DNA of 64,000 bases from Felis catus (Eukaryota), in the NCBI RefSeq assembly GCF_018350175.1, contig NC_058368.1, positions 130,946,001 through 131,010,000 on the forward strand. Reading direction: 5' to 3'. The notes under the pieces are model-generated. The model was given only the letters and a program-made list of their open reading frames with translations. It had not been told where the DNA came from and ran no database searches. The translations under genes were made by a program, and so were the position numbers. Of this stretch, positions 26,527 through 39,453 are shown piece after piece; position 1 is the stretch's first letter; each line of letters starts with the position of its first letter.

Positions 26527-27083
26527 CACATATCAACATTCTACACATATTTGAAGATTGATATTACTTCTTCTCCATAATCTTCTATTATTTCAGACAT
26601 AAATTCTCAATTCCTTTCATTTCCACTCATATTAAAAATTTACCTAATGTCTTTCAAATGTGGTTATTGTGCTCCTTAGTGTCTTCTGAGTAAAATAAGA
26701 AGAAAAAATAAAAAGTTTGTAAACAAATGGTATGTAAAATGAATACAAAGAAAATTTTAATCTACTTTATGAGAATCATTTTCAAACACCTTAGAAATAC
26801 TGCTCCATGTCAATTAGCCTGCCAACTTCAATCTTTGTGATCTTACCAATAAATACAGTTTCCAAAGGACCTCCATTTGGTAACTCTTTATTAGCAACTG
26901 AAGTCATTAAAAATTTCAATCCAACTACGTCTGTTTGCTAATATTCCATTGTTACAATTCTCACAAGCTGAAAAAAAAACTGTCTCCAATTAATTTAAGA
27001 TTCTAAGGTTTTCTGCTTAACTAATTCAGTACATATTTCTGTACCATGTGCAATTTTGACGCTACATTTTGTGAAAATACTAG

Positions 27084-27285
27084 CAGGTTGCTGGAGGGTA
27101 CATGGGAGGGGGGATGGGACAAATGGGTGATGGCCATTAAACAGGGTACTTGTTGGGATGAGCACTGGGTGTTATATGTAAGTGATGAATCACTGGGTTC
27201 TACTCCTGAAACCAACACTATATTATATGTTAACTAATTTGAATTTAAATTAATATATTTTTAAAAATAAGTTTTTAATTATAAA
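27084..27285 (+). mobile_element. Carnivore L1 3' terminus (short, 5'-truncated)
   Basis: tgttgggatgagcactgggtgttatatgtaagtgatgaatcactgggttctactcctgaaaccaa followed by an A-rich tail. Confidence 0.9.
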
Positions 27286-27389
27286 AAAATAGCTAAGACA
27301 TACATAGTCCCTTAATTTGAAGATTTTATACTTGCTGGGTTAAAACATTTATAACTCATCATGACCACCATCACCACCATCAACCATAG

Positions 27390-28785
27390 GGCTCCTATTC
27401 ATTTAACTAGTGCTTAAACTATGACAAGCTTGGTGCATAGTGCTTTGCAGATATAATCTCATTTAATCCCCTTAACCTCATGACATGGTATTACTATCAC
27501 AAATTTACAGACAAGAAAACTGAGGGAGAGGTAAGTTAAGAAACACGTCTGAGGAAGCCATCAAAATCCTCGAGGAGAAAGCAGGCAAAAAACCTCTTTG
27601 ACCTTTGCCACAGCAACTTCTTACTCAACAAGTCTCCGGAGGCAAGGGAAACAAAAGCAAAAATGAACTATTGGGACCTCATCAAAATAAAAAGCTTCTG
27701 CACAGCAAAGGAAACAATCAGCAAAACTAAAAGGCATCCGACAGAATGGGAGAAGATATTTGCAAACAACATACTAGATAAAGGGTTAGTATCCAAAATC
27801 TATATTACCAAACTCAACACCCAAAGAAACAAATAATCCAGTGAAGAAATGGGCAAAAGACATGAATAGACACTTCTCCAAGGAAGACATCCAGATGGTC
27901 AACTGACACATGAAAAGATGCTCAACATCACTCATCATCAGGCAAATACAAATCAAAACCACGAGATACTACCTCACACTTGTTAGAATAGCTAACATTG
28001 ACAACTCAGGCAACAACAGATGTTGGTGAGGATGCAGAGAAAGAGGATTTCTTTTGCATAGTTGGTGGGAATGCAAGCTGGTGCAGCCACTCTGGAAAAC
28101 AGTATGGAGGTTCCTCAAAAAATTAAAAATAGAACTACCCTATGACCCAGCAACTGCACTACTTTATCCAAGGGATATTTATCCAAGTGATACAGGTGCG
28201 CTGTTTCGTAGGGGCACATGCACCCCCATGTCTACAGAAGCACTATTAACAATAGCCAAAGTATGAAAAGAGCTCAAATGTCCATCGATGGATGAATGGA
28301 TAAAGAAGATAGAGTATTACTTGGCAATCAAAAAGAATGAAATCTTGCCATTGGCAACTACATGGATGGAACTAGAGGTAGAGGATATTAGGCTAAGAGA
28401 AATTAGTTAGTCAGAGAAAGACAAATATCATATGACTTCACTTATATGAGGACTTTAAGAGACAAAACAGACGAACCTAAAGGAAAGGAAGCAAAAATAA
28501 TATAAAAAATGGGAGGGTGACAAAACATAATAGACTCTTAAGTATGGAGAACAAACAGAGGGTTACTGGACGGATTGTGGGAGGGGGGATGGGCTAAATG
28601 GGTAAGGGGCATTAGGGAATCCACTCCTGAAATCATTGTTGCACTATATGCTAACTAACTTGGATGTAAATTTTAAAAAAATAAATTAAATTAAAAGACA
28701 AAAAAAAGAAACATGTCCGAAGTCACACAATTTATAAAGACAAAGTCAGTAATGAACACTAAGTCTGTTTCTCAGACCATATTTT
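27390..28785 (-). mobile_element. MIR split by an L1 insertion (pieces ~27390-27552 and ~28706-28785)
   Basis: tctcatttaatcc...tttacagacaagaaaactgagg...gttaag continues after the L1 as tgtccgaagtcacaca...agtctg. Confidence 0.75.
27553..28705 (+). mobile_element. Felid/carnivore L1 (L1_Fc/L1_Carn-like), 5'-truncated, ORF2 end plus 3' UTR and A-tail
   Basis: ORF 28054-28266 [30 protein letters not shown] is the L1 ORF2 C-terminus; TSD aagaaaca(c/t)gtc(t/c)ga at 27538-27552 and 28706-28720. Confidence 0.97.
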
Positions 28786-31675
28786 TACCAATCATTCAAG
28801 TCTGTCTCTAATCTCTATAGTATTATAAAGGTTAAATGATATGATTTCTATATTATTTATCCCTATAATACTAGGTGGAATTTATGCAAACGATGTTTTG
28901 AGGTTAATATAATGGGAAAAAACCAAGTACTTCTGCTTAGTGGTAGGACTTCTTAAAGGGATGACATTTTTAAATGAATGTATTTCTTTTCAAACAAGAA
29001 AGGTACATGAACAAACAAGAAAACTCAACACATCAAATAGATGCTAAGAATGAATGTGTAAAATATAGTGCAAACGTTTATGACAATCAGAACTCTGTGG
29101 AAAGTCCTTTTCTTTCTAGATCACCTGAACATATGGGTAGGACTGGCCCTGAACTGATTGGGACAATACTTCTTGGCCTTTGTCTCCTTTTCCATGCTCC
29201 TTCACCATCCAGATTCACATACTATTGCTTTCTCCTTCCTTAAGATTCTTGCATCCTTTTGTTTTCTCCTGCCATTCCTAAAACAAGCTTTTCTTCATAA
29301 TCTATCTGAAGGACAGAATCCTGGTATGGCAATCTGTACTTTGGACTGCATTTATGTCATCATTACTAATTGCAAGAGATTTGAGCCTGATTTCTGGTTG
29401 TTGCATAAAAGTCTTTAATTTTTTTTTTCAAGCAAGATTTTCTGGTGTAGAAGGAGAGGTTGAGAAATGCCTCTGAAGTCACACTGCATAAGCAATCAAA
29501 CCACATACCCAACATTTGGTGCTGTTGACAGACAGTACTCACCTGCTTTCCTTCTTTCTGCTCCTCCTTCCTGGGCATTGCTCCCATTTTCAAACAAGCT
29601 CTTGCTTCCATTTCTGTGGACAAGACGGTGGTCAAATGCCAGATACAGCCTTTTCTAAATCTCTTGCCAATGCTATCAACAAAGAAAAGTTAGCGAGTTT
29701 TGTTTTATAACTTTGTATTGTCCCACCTCCTCCGTGATAAACATATTAATGAGCAGTGAAATGACAAAAGGCATACAACATGCAGATAATTCGCTAAGTG
29801 GATAAAGAGATGCTAAATAAATAGTATAACATAATTTACAATTATTATTTTGGAAAGAAGGCAATCAAGGCCTCATGACATTCATTACTGTGTATGCCAG
29901 AGTGAGGAATATGTTAAAATCGGACAAAATACGAATTTAAATGTACAAATGCAGTATCTTTCAATTAAACACACTTGAGTTCTTTCTCATCCTAAAACCA
30001 AATAAACAAACAAAGACCCATTTTGGGCAAATAATTTTAACTCTCTCCTTGACATCCCCTCTCCCCAGGCAATACATTCAAATAGAATATTCACAGACAG
30101 ATTCAAAGAGAATAAAGTAAAAGAGCCGTCTGGGGGAAGCGCATGCAATGAATATCCATACTTTACAATACCTGTCTCTGAAACGGAGTTTCCATTTGAT
30201 CCTGTACTAATATTATGAACACGGTACTCCTTTCAAATGTACAAAAGATTAATGTAAGAGCTGAAGTAAAGACTTAATACTTTTTTTTAAAAGGGTGTCA
30301 TTTCAAAACATTATTGTTACACCATGACTTAAAAAAGTTGATAATGTTCTTAACAAGGTCTTGCTGCTTGAAGATTTCCTGTCGGCTGTGACACTTCGAG
30401 AAACCAAGAATAAAGCAACAGGGGCGTCGAAACCGGGCTGGAAACACTTCCTGTCAAGCATAGCATAGGCTTCTCACGATTTTTGGTGTGCCATACATTC
30501 CTATGCTGCTTTTCCCTTGGCAAGGCTTTTTAAACGTCTTAACAGACTGCTAAGGAATAACAAGCGTTCTTTTGTTTGTCAGATTTTAGGCATTGTGGGG
30601 GACATTTGAAAGCTACGTGGGTTCATTTTACTCCATTCCAAGTTAAGAATGTAACATTTTTTTAAAAGAGCCGCTCCCTTTGATCTATGTATGGATCAGT
30701 GTGGAGGCTGTCATCTTTTACCAGAGGATGTTAACAGGAGTTCAACACTCAAATCCTGAGCTTTGTCAGGGAGAATGCACTGCCCAGGAAGAATAATGCC
30801 ACCCTAGTCCCTTCTGAGCAGAGAAGTCTGTTCACAAAGTGCATTTAATCTGGAAAGTATTCCTTCTTTCGGGTGCAATGATATTTGAAGACTGGAACGT
30901 TGCCTGACACATAGGTGATCAGAAAATATTTACTAAAGTAGCCCATTCCTCCCTTGAAATAGCCTAGGAAAAAAAAAAAGTGGTGGAGGGAGCAGAGGGA
31001 AGGGAATCCAGACTAGAACCAGAACAGAAATAATGCTCCTATACCACAGGATCTTGGGTTTCAGAAATTCCTTGTGAAGAGAAATTAAAAATTCTTGTGA
31101 GTACCCTATTGGATGACATTTACAAGTCATGTTTGGCATGCTTTAAATGCATATGTTTTTCTTGGAGCACCTCCCTAGGCAGTGCTGATTTATTACAATG
31201 CGATTTGTCGCAACGTTTTTATGTTTAAATATGCAAATCCATTACAAGATTTGCAGTAAAGCTCATAGATTGTTCTCATGACCACTAAAGCGGTGCAGTA
31301 GAACAAATACAAACCTACACTCTCTGACTTTGAACATGAAGGCATCACATTTTGCTCTTCTCAGCTGAATGTAGACTCACTAAATTTGCTTACCCTACAG
31401 TGGCCACATTTCCTGCCATTACTTTATTTTCTGATGAACATTTAAACCACACTGGGTGACAAGAAAGTGTAAATGTGCTTGAGATACTCCAAAAGTTCCA
31501 GAATGTACTATCATCCCAAATGTTAAAATCCAAGTATAATAACCACTTCAGTCACGTCCAGGCAATGGTCAAGAATACAAAAAAGGTAACAATCAGTAGG
31601 TAACTGTGGATTGGGAGAAGTTATATGGCATAATGAAGGGAAATATAAACATCACTAGAGTCTTAGAAATTGCTA

Positions 31676-31909
31676 GGGGCGCCTGGGTGGCGCAGTCGGT
31701 TAAGCGTACGACTTCAGCCAGGTCACGATCTCGCGGTCCGTGAGTTCGAGCCCCGCGTCAGGCTCCGGGCTGATGGCTCAGAGCCTGGAGCCTGTTTCCG
31801 ATTCTGTGTCTCCCTCTCTCTCTGCCCCTCCCCCGTTCATGCTCTGTCTCTCTCTGTCCCAAAAATAAATAAACGTTGAAAAAAAAATTAAAAAAAAATA
31901 AAAAAAAAA
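31676..31909 (+). mobile_element. Young SINEC_Fc-type SINE
   Basis: CpG-rich near-consensus body and long A-tail; perfect TSD agaaattgcta at 31665-31675 and 31910-31920. Confidence 0.98.
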
Positions 31910-34262
31910 AGAAATTGCTAAACATCATTGTGTCAATGAAAACCAGAATAAATTTTGACTGGAGACCTATCAATATTTCAAAAGATTTGATGACAAAAGA
32001 AGAATGAGGTATGATCCTGGGAATACATCTACGTAAGAACTGGGATAACACAAGTCTATGTAGCACTGATTCAGTGATTCAGTTAATACTTCAATTTCTA
32101 GGATATTCATCCTTACCCTCCCAACACACACAATGGTAAGAGTATAGTGCTAATTCCCAACACACACAGCAGTAAGAGTACAGTAAGTGGTAAGAATGCT
32201 AAGAGTATAAAGTTCAAGGTATGTCAATAGATACTTACTTCCCAAATTAAATGACTTATTTAACAATCTAGCTATTGAGGTATATACATACATGTACACA
32301 CAGGTATGTAAACTTGGCTGATAAGGAGGCTTCTTAGAAATGCCAGTTGACCCTTAGTCACAAATGCTGTATCCTGGGCATAAATGCTAGTCCACTAAGC
32401 AGTATAATTGTTATATTTTCATGCTTCCTTTGGTGATTTTGCAATGCCAGTCTTTACCATGTGCTTTCCAACTTCAAACACCTCCCCACTTCCAACTTTC
32501 TCACATGATCAGAGCAGGTGGTTTGACTCCTTCTGTAGGTTGGTCCTAGTGTCACTGGAGTATAGAAATAGGTTTGGAAGTCTCTCATGGGGATGCCATT
32601 CCATGATCCTCTCTGCTAACCTCCCCTGCCCACGGTCTGATGAGATTGCCAGCTACTGGTGCTTAGTGACTGTCATGTAAATTTTTGTCATTCTGGTATC
32701 CCAGGCTATTTTTATTTTCTAAAATGCCATACATCTCTTGGTGGGATGCCATTATTTTAGCCATTTTAAAAACAATCTGAAGAAATCATCTAGAGAATTT
32801 TATGCATCACTAAAGTTCAAATTAAACAAAGTTATACTTTTTAAAAGTATTCTATAACCTCCCTCATCTTCAACAAATTACAGGGGAGGGTAGTAGAAAT
32901 CCACAGAGCAAAGCATCCATTGCAAGAATTCCTACTGTAATTGAATTCCTGAATTGAATTCCTACTGTAATTCAAACAAGGAGAATATCAACATGACTGT
33001 ACTGAAACAGATACAGGGAGTGCTATAGAAGAATCTCTATCCACACTTGATGAAAATAAGCCAAAAATATAGATGAGTACAAACTGATAATACTTCTTTT
33101 GAAACAAAACTACAACTTGATTTCAATAAAAAGTTTGTAGCTCCTAAAAAAGTTATTTAAAATGATCTTCAAGTATTCAAACAGGAGGTGAAATTATTTT
33201 AAGATAAAAATATCAGAGAACAATATCTAGCATTACTTTGTATCTCTCTTCACCAATGTCCTCCTAGTGTAAAGTCTGAAAGGACTGGTTCAGCAGCTGA
33301 AAAACTTACAAGAAAATTTACTCATGAGTAAATTTGACACTACAGGTGCATTTGAAGATTTGTTTAAGATCACACTTTTTCAAAAGTTCAAAGAATATAT
33401 TCCATTGTCAAATAATATATCCCACCTGTATCTATCAAATAATATATTCTAATATACTGAATCATTACTTCATAAATGTATTCCAATTTTTATTATTAAT
33501 TTTTTTCATTTTTGGTAGTGCCTAGTTTTACTTTTGGAATACTTTATTTTTCCAAATTTATTCTGCAAATAATGTTCATAATTCATCAGCTAATATTTAA
33601 ATGATATCATATTCCTCACCATTTTTTTACTTAATATTTTTTAACTCATCGATGCCTTCTTACATTTGAAATATATTAAGTATTATACATCACTATTTTT
33701 TTAATTCTAGACCCTATTAAAATAAAATGCCAGTGTTAATATCCACACTTTCATATTAACACAAAATAAATGCTAAAATATTGATATTATCATTTTGTTT
33801 TGGTATATGCTCCTCCTCTTGTTCTGACTGAATTTAGTTCAGCAAACCCCCTTTCTCCCAGCTACCTTTATTCCTTTTTCTGCGACATCTGGGCTTTGAG
33901 AGAATGGGAAGTAGTTCTTTACTATTTGCTATCAGATAGCTTTAGTCTAGAAGGCAAGAGGAAGTCACAGACTGTCACATGGCAGTCATGATGGACAGGA
34001 CAGTGGGTAAGAAGCCATGAGTCAGACACATATACCATATTTTTCAACCTGACTCTCCAGGATCCTCTAACTTTTCTCCAAGAGCAGCTGAGGGAAATGG
34101 CTTCTTGGAGCCATTTTCACAATGACCATTTGAAATGCCATATTTATGAGAGGGAAGCTTTCCTAGAAAATAGGACATCTCCATGAGATGTCAACATCAC
34201 AGCTCGTTCTCCAGGAAAAAAAAAAATAGTAAAATTAAATTCTGAATTCTAGAATATGAAGT

Positions 34263-34752
34263 TGCATCAGGCAGGATTCTCAAGTTTAAATGACACTAAC
34301 TCCAGCTATCTTAAACAGGAAAATTTTCATTATTAGAAAATAATGGACTAGCTTATATAATCCATAGGGAAGCTTCAAAAATAATGCTCAAAAGTCCAAT
34401 GGGAACCAAAAGTCCAATGGGAACCATTTGAATAATGCTCAAAGTCCAATGGGAACCATCCAGGCAGCCTGGATGACACCACAGGCACCCTTCCATTAGG
34501 ATACTTCCCAGACCACCACCAGTGCTTTGCCAGTGAATTATTCCACTGCTGCTGTGCATGAAATGTAAATCACTCCTTTAATTTTGTATCCTTTCTAAGT
34601 CCTGACCAGGAACACCCAACCGATAAAGCATAGTTCACATGTCTTCACCCTAAAGGTCTGAGACTCTTCAACAACAATTAAGAAATTCCCTTAAATAGGA
34701 AAGCATGTAGATGCTTGGGTGCCAACTAGTATTACCACCACCAAATGTCTAC
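34263..34752 (-). mobile_element. Old MaLR LTR (MLT1K/MLT1L-like)
   Basis: tgcatcaggcaggattctc...actccagctatcttaaacaggaaaa start and tagatgcttggg...aaatgtctaca end. Confidence 0.55.
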
Positions 34753-35232
34753 AACAAGCCCTAGATTTCCATTCCATCATGTTCTGGCCATAAAAGAAAT
34801 GTTAAAATTAAAATATCCTGTCATTTCTTGAAGTGGGATGTATTTTAAGGCACAACTTGAGAGTTAGGTAGGCGTGTCCATTGGATAGGGAAGCCAAAAT
34901 GGCAATTGTTTTGGATTCTGGGAATTGGCCTTCAGTGTTCTCAGATATGTTGAGGAGGATCAAGTCCACGTTTCAAGAGACTTGGGACTTTTTTGAAAGA
35001 CTAAATAATGTATTTTTAAAACAGAAAGTAAAGAGGAAAAGAGATAATGTAAAAGCTAATAGTAAATACATATAACAAAAATGTCTAAGGGTTTATTAAA
35101 TCATCTCTCAACTTTGTGTGACATACAAACCCATTTCAGAGTAATTATGATATAGAAACTCCATTCTATTAGGAATTTCTAAAATAACTCCATCAATTTG
35201 TAGGAGTTATAATAAAGATCTAAAATCTTTTA

Positions 35233-35485
35233 ATTATTTTATTTTATTTTATTTTATTTTATTTTATTTTATTTTATTTTATTAGTGTTTATTTATTTTT
35301 GAGAGAGAGAGAGACAGAGCGTGAACTGAGGAGGGGAGGAGAGAGAGGAAGACACAGAATCTGAAGTAGGCTCCAGGCTCTGAGCTGTCAGCAAAGAACC
35401 CAATGCCGGGATCAACCCACGAACTATGAGCTGATGACCTGAGCCAAAGTTGGACACTTAACCAACTGAGCCACCCAGGCGCCCT
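35233..35485 (-). mobile_element. Can-SINE with (ATTTT)n tail expansion
   Basis: TSD gatctaaaatctttta at 35217-35232 and 35488-35503; (ATTTT)n at ~35236-35283. Confidence 0.97.
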
Positions 35486-36031
35486 ATGATCTAAAATCTT
35501 TTAGATCAATAAACAATTATAGATTATACTAATAATTTATCTGATGTGATTTTAATAATATTCATGATACACACTCATTTTTATTTCTACACTTTAAAGA
35601 GGATATTTTCAAGGGGAAAATGTATTTAAATTATTTATGATTTGAGTAAATATTAAACTGTCTTATGTTCTCATGCTGTTTTCATGGGCCAAATGTATAA
35701 ACACAGATTGAAAAAAATAACAGTTGAACATTAGCTACAGTTTTAGCATCAAAATAAGACAAATATGTGCTTGTATATATATGATATTTTGAATTCTTGC
35801 CTTCTGAATTATTTCTTGTAATTTCCATGCTTAGTTACTATAAGACGGCATGAAAAAGTTCTAGACTATTATTTTCAAGGCCCTCTTATCAAACCATTGA
35901 AGATACAAAAAGTGTTATTTGCTATGAAATGAAAGAGTAAACTAGACATAACTTTTCTTTTTAACATTGCTTTTTATGATACTAAAGATATCATCACGTG
36001 GTGCACAGAAATTTAAATCAGATGCATTTTC

Positions 36032-36239
36032 TGGGCGCCTGGATGGCTCAGTCGGTTAAGTGTCCGACTTCGGCTCAGGTCATGATCTCACAGTTCATGG
36101 GTTCGAGCCCCACATCAGGCTCTGTGCTGACAGCTCAGAGCCTCGAGCCTGTTTCAGATTCTGTGTCTCCCTCTCTCTCTGACCCTCCCCTGCTCACGCT
36201 CTGTCTCTGTCTCAAAAATAAATAAACAATAAAAAAAAA
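36032..36239 (+). mobile_element. Can-SINE
   Basis: Perfect TSD ttaaatcagatgcattttc at 36013-36031 and 36240-36258. Confidence 0.97.
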
Positions 36240-37829
36240 TTAAATCAGATGCATTTTCAATTTATGGATCTGATGAAAAGGATTATTATCGTTTTATGCT
36301 GTTAACATGTATTTTTGCCATTAGTGTTTCTTTTGTGGGCTTTAAACAAAATGTCCTACAGGGAATATAAAATTCTAAGTAAATGGATAAAAATTAGAAA
36401 TGATTAAAACTGTACCTAAGCTTGAAGGATAAAAATCCAGCTCACTCAGTTTCGCCCAATGTGGAATTAATTGATTTAAAAATTATTTTCAGGCAGAAGT
36501 CATTTTCAATTACTTAAATCAGTAAAATCATACCCGTAAGCAGAGAAAACTTCTAGTCTTATTTGAAATTCCCTGTTATTTTCCTCCTATAGAATCTACA
36601 TGTAGTTGTGCAAAAGCCCAAAGTCAAACCCTGGACTGCCCTAAATGTTGGGAGGCACAAGAATTTAGTTTCAGTGACATCATCCTCAGTTACAGAATTC
36701 TTTTTGTCTTAGAATCCAAAGATTCCAAGTGTGTGCCCACTCTTGACACAGAATGTCGCTATTGTGTCTCCACCCTCTTTGTCAGCAAGCATGGTCTCAT
36801 TGCTCAGTGCTGAGAGGAAGCCTATCCAATGTGTAGCTTTTTCAGAGACAGTAACCATGCATAAACACCTCTCCAAACTTGCTCAAGGAATATAATCTAG
36901 CCACTTGGGATGACTTAAAATAAGGATCACACCAATTGTCAGAAAATTTACAGCTGCATTATCTGCTCGTGCAGCCGACAGCAGAAGTGAGTCCTCTGTA
37001 TTTACCAACAGAACTGTGGCTGATTCTCAGATAATTAGCATATTATCATCACATAATGGTATAGAATCCTTTATGAGGCTTCTTTAGGATTCCCTGTCTG
37101 ACATTGACGTTGGAAAGCATGTTAAACTGGTTTTCTAAAAGGACAAGAGGAAAATAATGAAAGCAAATGAAGTAAAAAGCCCCCAAGACCATGGGCACAG
37201 GAAACCAGCAAAAATTTGCTTATGTTGAGTCCTACTTCGGCTCACTAATAGTCCTCCTGCTGTGTTAAATGCTTTCTTTCTCCTCCCACTTCTAGGGGGA
37301 AATACGGTTTAGAACACATCTGAGCTACACATCTGAGCTAGAAAATTTTGTGAATTTTTAAAAAATTATTTATGAATAAGTTATAAAACCTACCAAGTTC
37401 TTATCCCTTTAGCAGTTCCAGGAAGAAGGCAATAGATTACTGTACCTCTGGTGTCAATAATGCCTAGAAACCCCCCTGCTCTAAGCTCGAAGACAAAAGG
37501 GCAGGTTAAATATTTTCTCTGTAATGTGCTTCTGAATGGTAGGAAACTCTACTCAGATAATTCCATAAGGGGCTTTTTTTTTTTTACAGTGAATTTGAAA
37601 CAGTGAATTGTTAAACATGTGCCCATTGACTGTGACTTGCTTAATTTCTATTGTCCCCACAAAATTCTAGGATTCAGTTGCAGAGATACCATAATGGATT
37701 TTTATGTTTGTTTATTGTTGTTTTCCACTCGATCTCCTGTGTCTAGACAATGCCTATATCAAAAAAGGAACTCAGTAAATACTGATAAGTCCAACGGATG
37801 AAGGGATTCATGGACAAATCATTGTACCA

Positions 37830-38045
37830 GAAGTGCTGTCAGTTGAACCCTCTGTAATGATGGATATGTTTCACATAATGTTCATCTGCTAGGGTAACTA
37901 CCAGCAACAATGTGGTAACTACTGAGCACTTAAAATGTGCCTAATGCAATTGAAAAAACTGAAATTTTAATTTTACCTTATTTTAATTAAGATTTAATTA
38001 GTCACATGTGGCTAATGACAAACATATTGGATAAGATAGTTCTAG
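37830..38045. mobile_element. MER3-like hAT MITE
   Basis: agtgctgtc...actgagcacttaaaatgtg...tagtcacatgtggcta...atattggataagatagttctaga. Confidence 0.75.
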
Positions 38046-38318
38046 ATACTAGGCATATAATCATGACCAGGACATAGTGTCTGTCTTCAAGGAAAGCTCC
38101 TTGAACAACAAGCTCAAAAACCATGAAAGTCTTCATAAAATGCAAGGCATTTGATCTGGTTATGCAGGCTAAATTACAGAATTTAACCTATAGTGAGGAT
38201 TCAGTATATCACGTAAGACACATACTAAATAGCATGTCCAAGGGCTAAAGACAACATTTTCTATTTAACTTATAATAACTCATATGTAACTGCACAAAAA
38301 ATCGACTTGTTTTGAGGA

Positions 38319-38493
38319 TTAAAAAGTATATAAAAGGTACAGAGATAATATACTGTGTATATACTGTGTATATAATACTGTGTATGTGTGTATATTAAAA
38401 AGTATACAAAAAGTACAGAGAATATATTCTGTGTATTTACTGTGTATATAATACTGTGTTTATATATGTAATTTATGTATATATAATACTGTT

Positions 38494-38530
<37 letters not shown>
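38319..38530. repeat. 76-bp tandem duplication merging into (TA)n
   Basis: ttaaaaagtata(t/c)aaaa(g/a)gtacagag starts at 38319 and 38395; (TA)n at ~38497-38527. Confidence 0.85.
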
Positions 38531-38533
<3 letters not shown>

Positions 38534-38997
38534 GTAGCTCTTTCTATATCCTCTGCCTCCCTCTATACATACAATACACATTATTATTTAAGAATAAGTA
38601 TTATTCTATAGCTGAAACCCATGTTATTCATCATTAAAATAAAAAACCATAATTGATTTTCTACTACTTATGCATATTTGGTAGATTTGTTTACTTTTGC
38701 TAGGGTATTGGTATAGTTTTTTGTTTTTTTTTTTAAGTCTACCATTCCACAAATCAGTGCTTGCTACTTTGATCAGAAAAACACCTAGGATCCTTTAGGA
38801 AAAACAATGATTTAAGTAAAAAAGCTATTGTGAATGGTCTCAACTATATCAGACCAAAAAGGAATTATATAGCTCATACATGGCATTTACTGGCATAGCT
38901 AGCTTTCATAGTAAGGAAAAAGAAAAAGAGAAGAAAGAAGTCAGTGCACAGGATCAAGAATCTCCAGCATTAAGCAATCTTCAAAAATTGTGGCCTA

Positions 38998-39453
38998 AGG
39001 GCACCTGGGTGGCTCAGTCAGTTAAGCATCTGACTTCAGCTAGGGCCATGATCTCACGGTTTCTGGGTCCGAGCCCCGCGTTGGGCTCTGTGTTGACATC
39101 TCAGAGCCTGGAGCCTGCTTCAGAGTCTGTGTCTCCCTCTCTCTCTCTGCCCCCTATCTGCTCACTCTCTGTCTCTCAAAAAATTTTTTTAAATGTTAAA
39201 GAAAAATGTTTAGGGGCACCTGGGTGGCTCAGTCGGTTAAGCATCTGACTTCGGCTCAGGTCATGATCTCATGGTCCGTGAGTTCGAGCCCCACGTCGGG
39301 CTCTGTGCTGACAGCTCAGAGCCTGGAGCCTGTTTCAGATTCTGTGTCTCCCTCTCTCTCTGCCCCTCCCCTGTTCACGCTCTGTCTCTCTGTGTCTCAA
39401 AAATAAATGAACATTAAAAAAATTTTTTTTTAAAAAAAGAAAGAAAAATGTTT
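38998..39453 (+). mobile_element. Two Can-SINEs; the second (39213-39439) is inserted in the tail of the first
   Basis: Inner TSD aaagaaaaatgttta at 39198-39212 and 39440-39454; degenerate outer TSD aaaaattgtggccta / aaaaatcatggtcta. Confidence 0.95.

Noticed and set aside
34380..34458. CRISPR-like direct repeats
   Set aside because: Mammalian DNA, only three units, no regular unique spacers and no cas genes; it is a local duplication.
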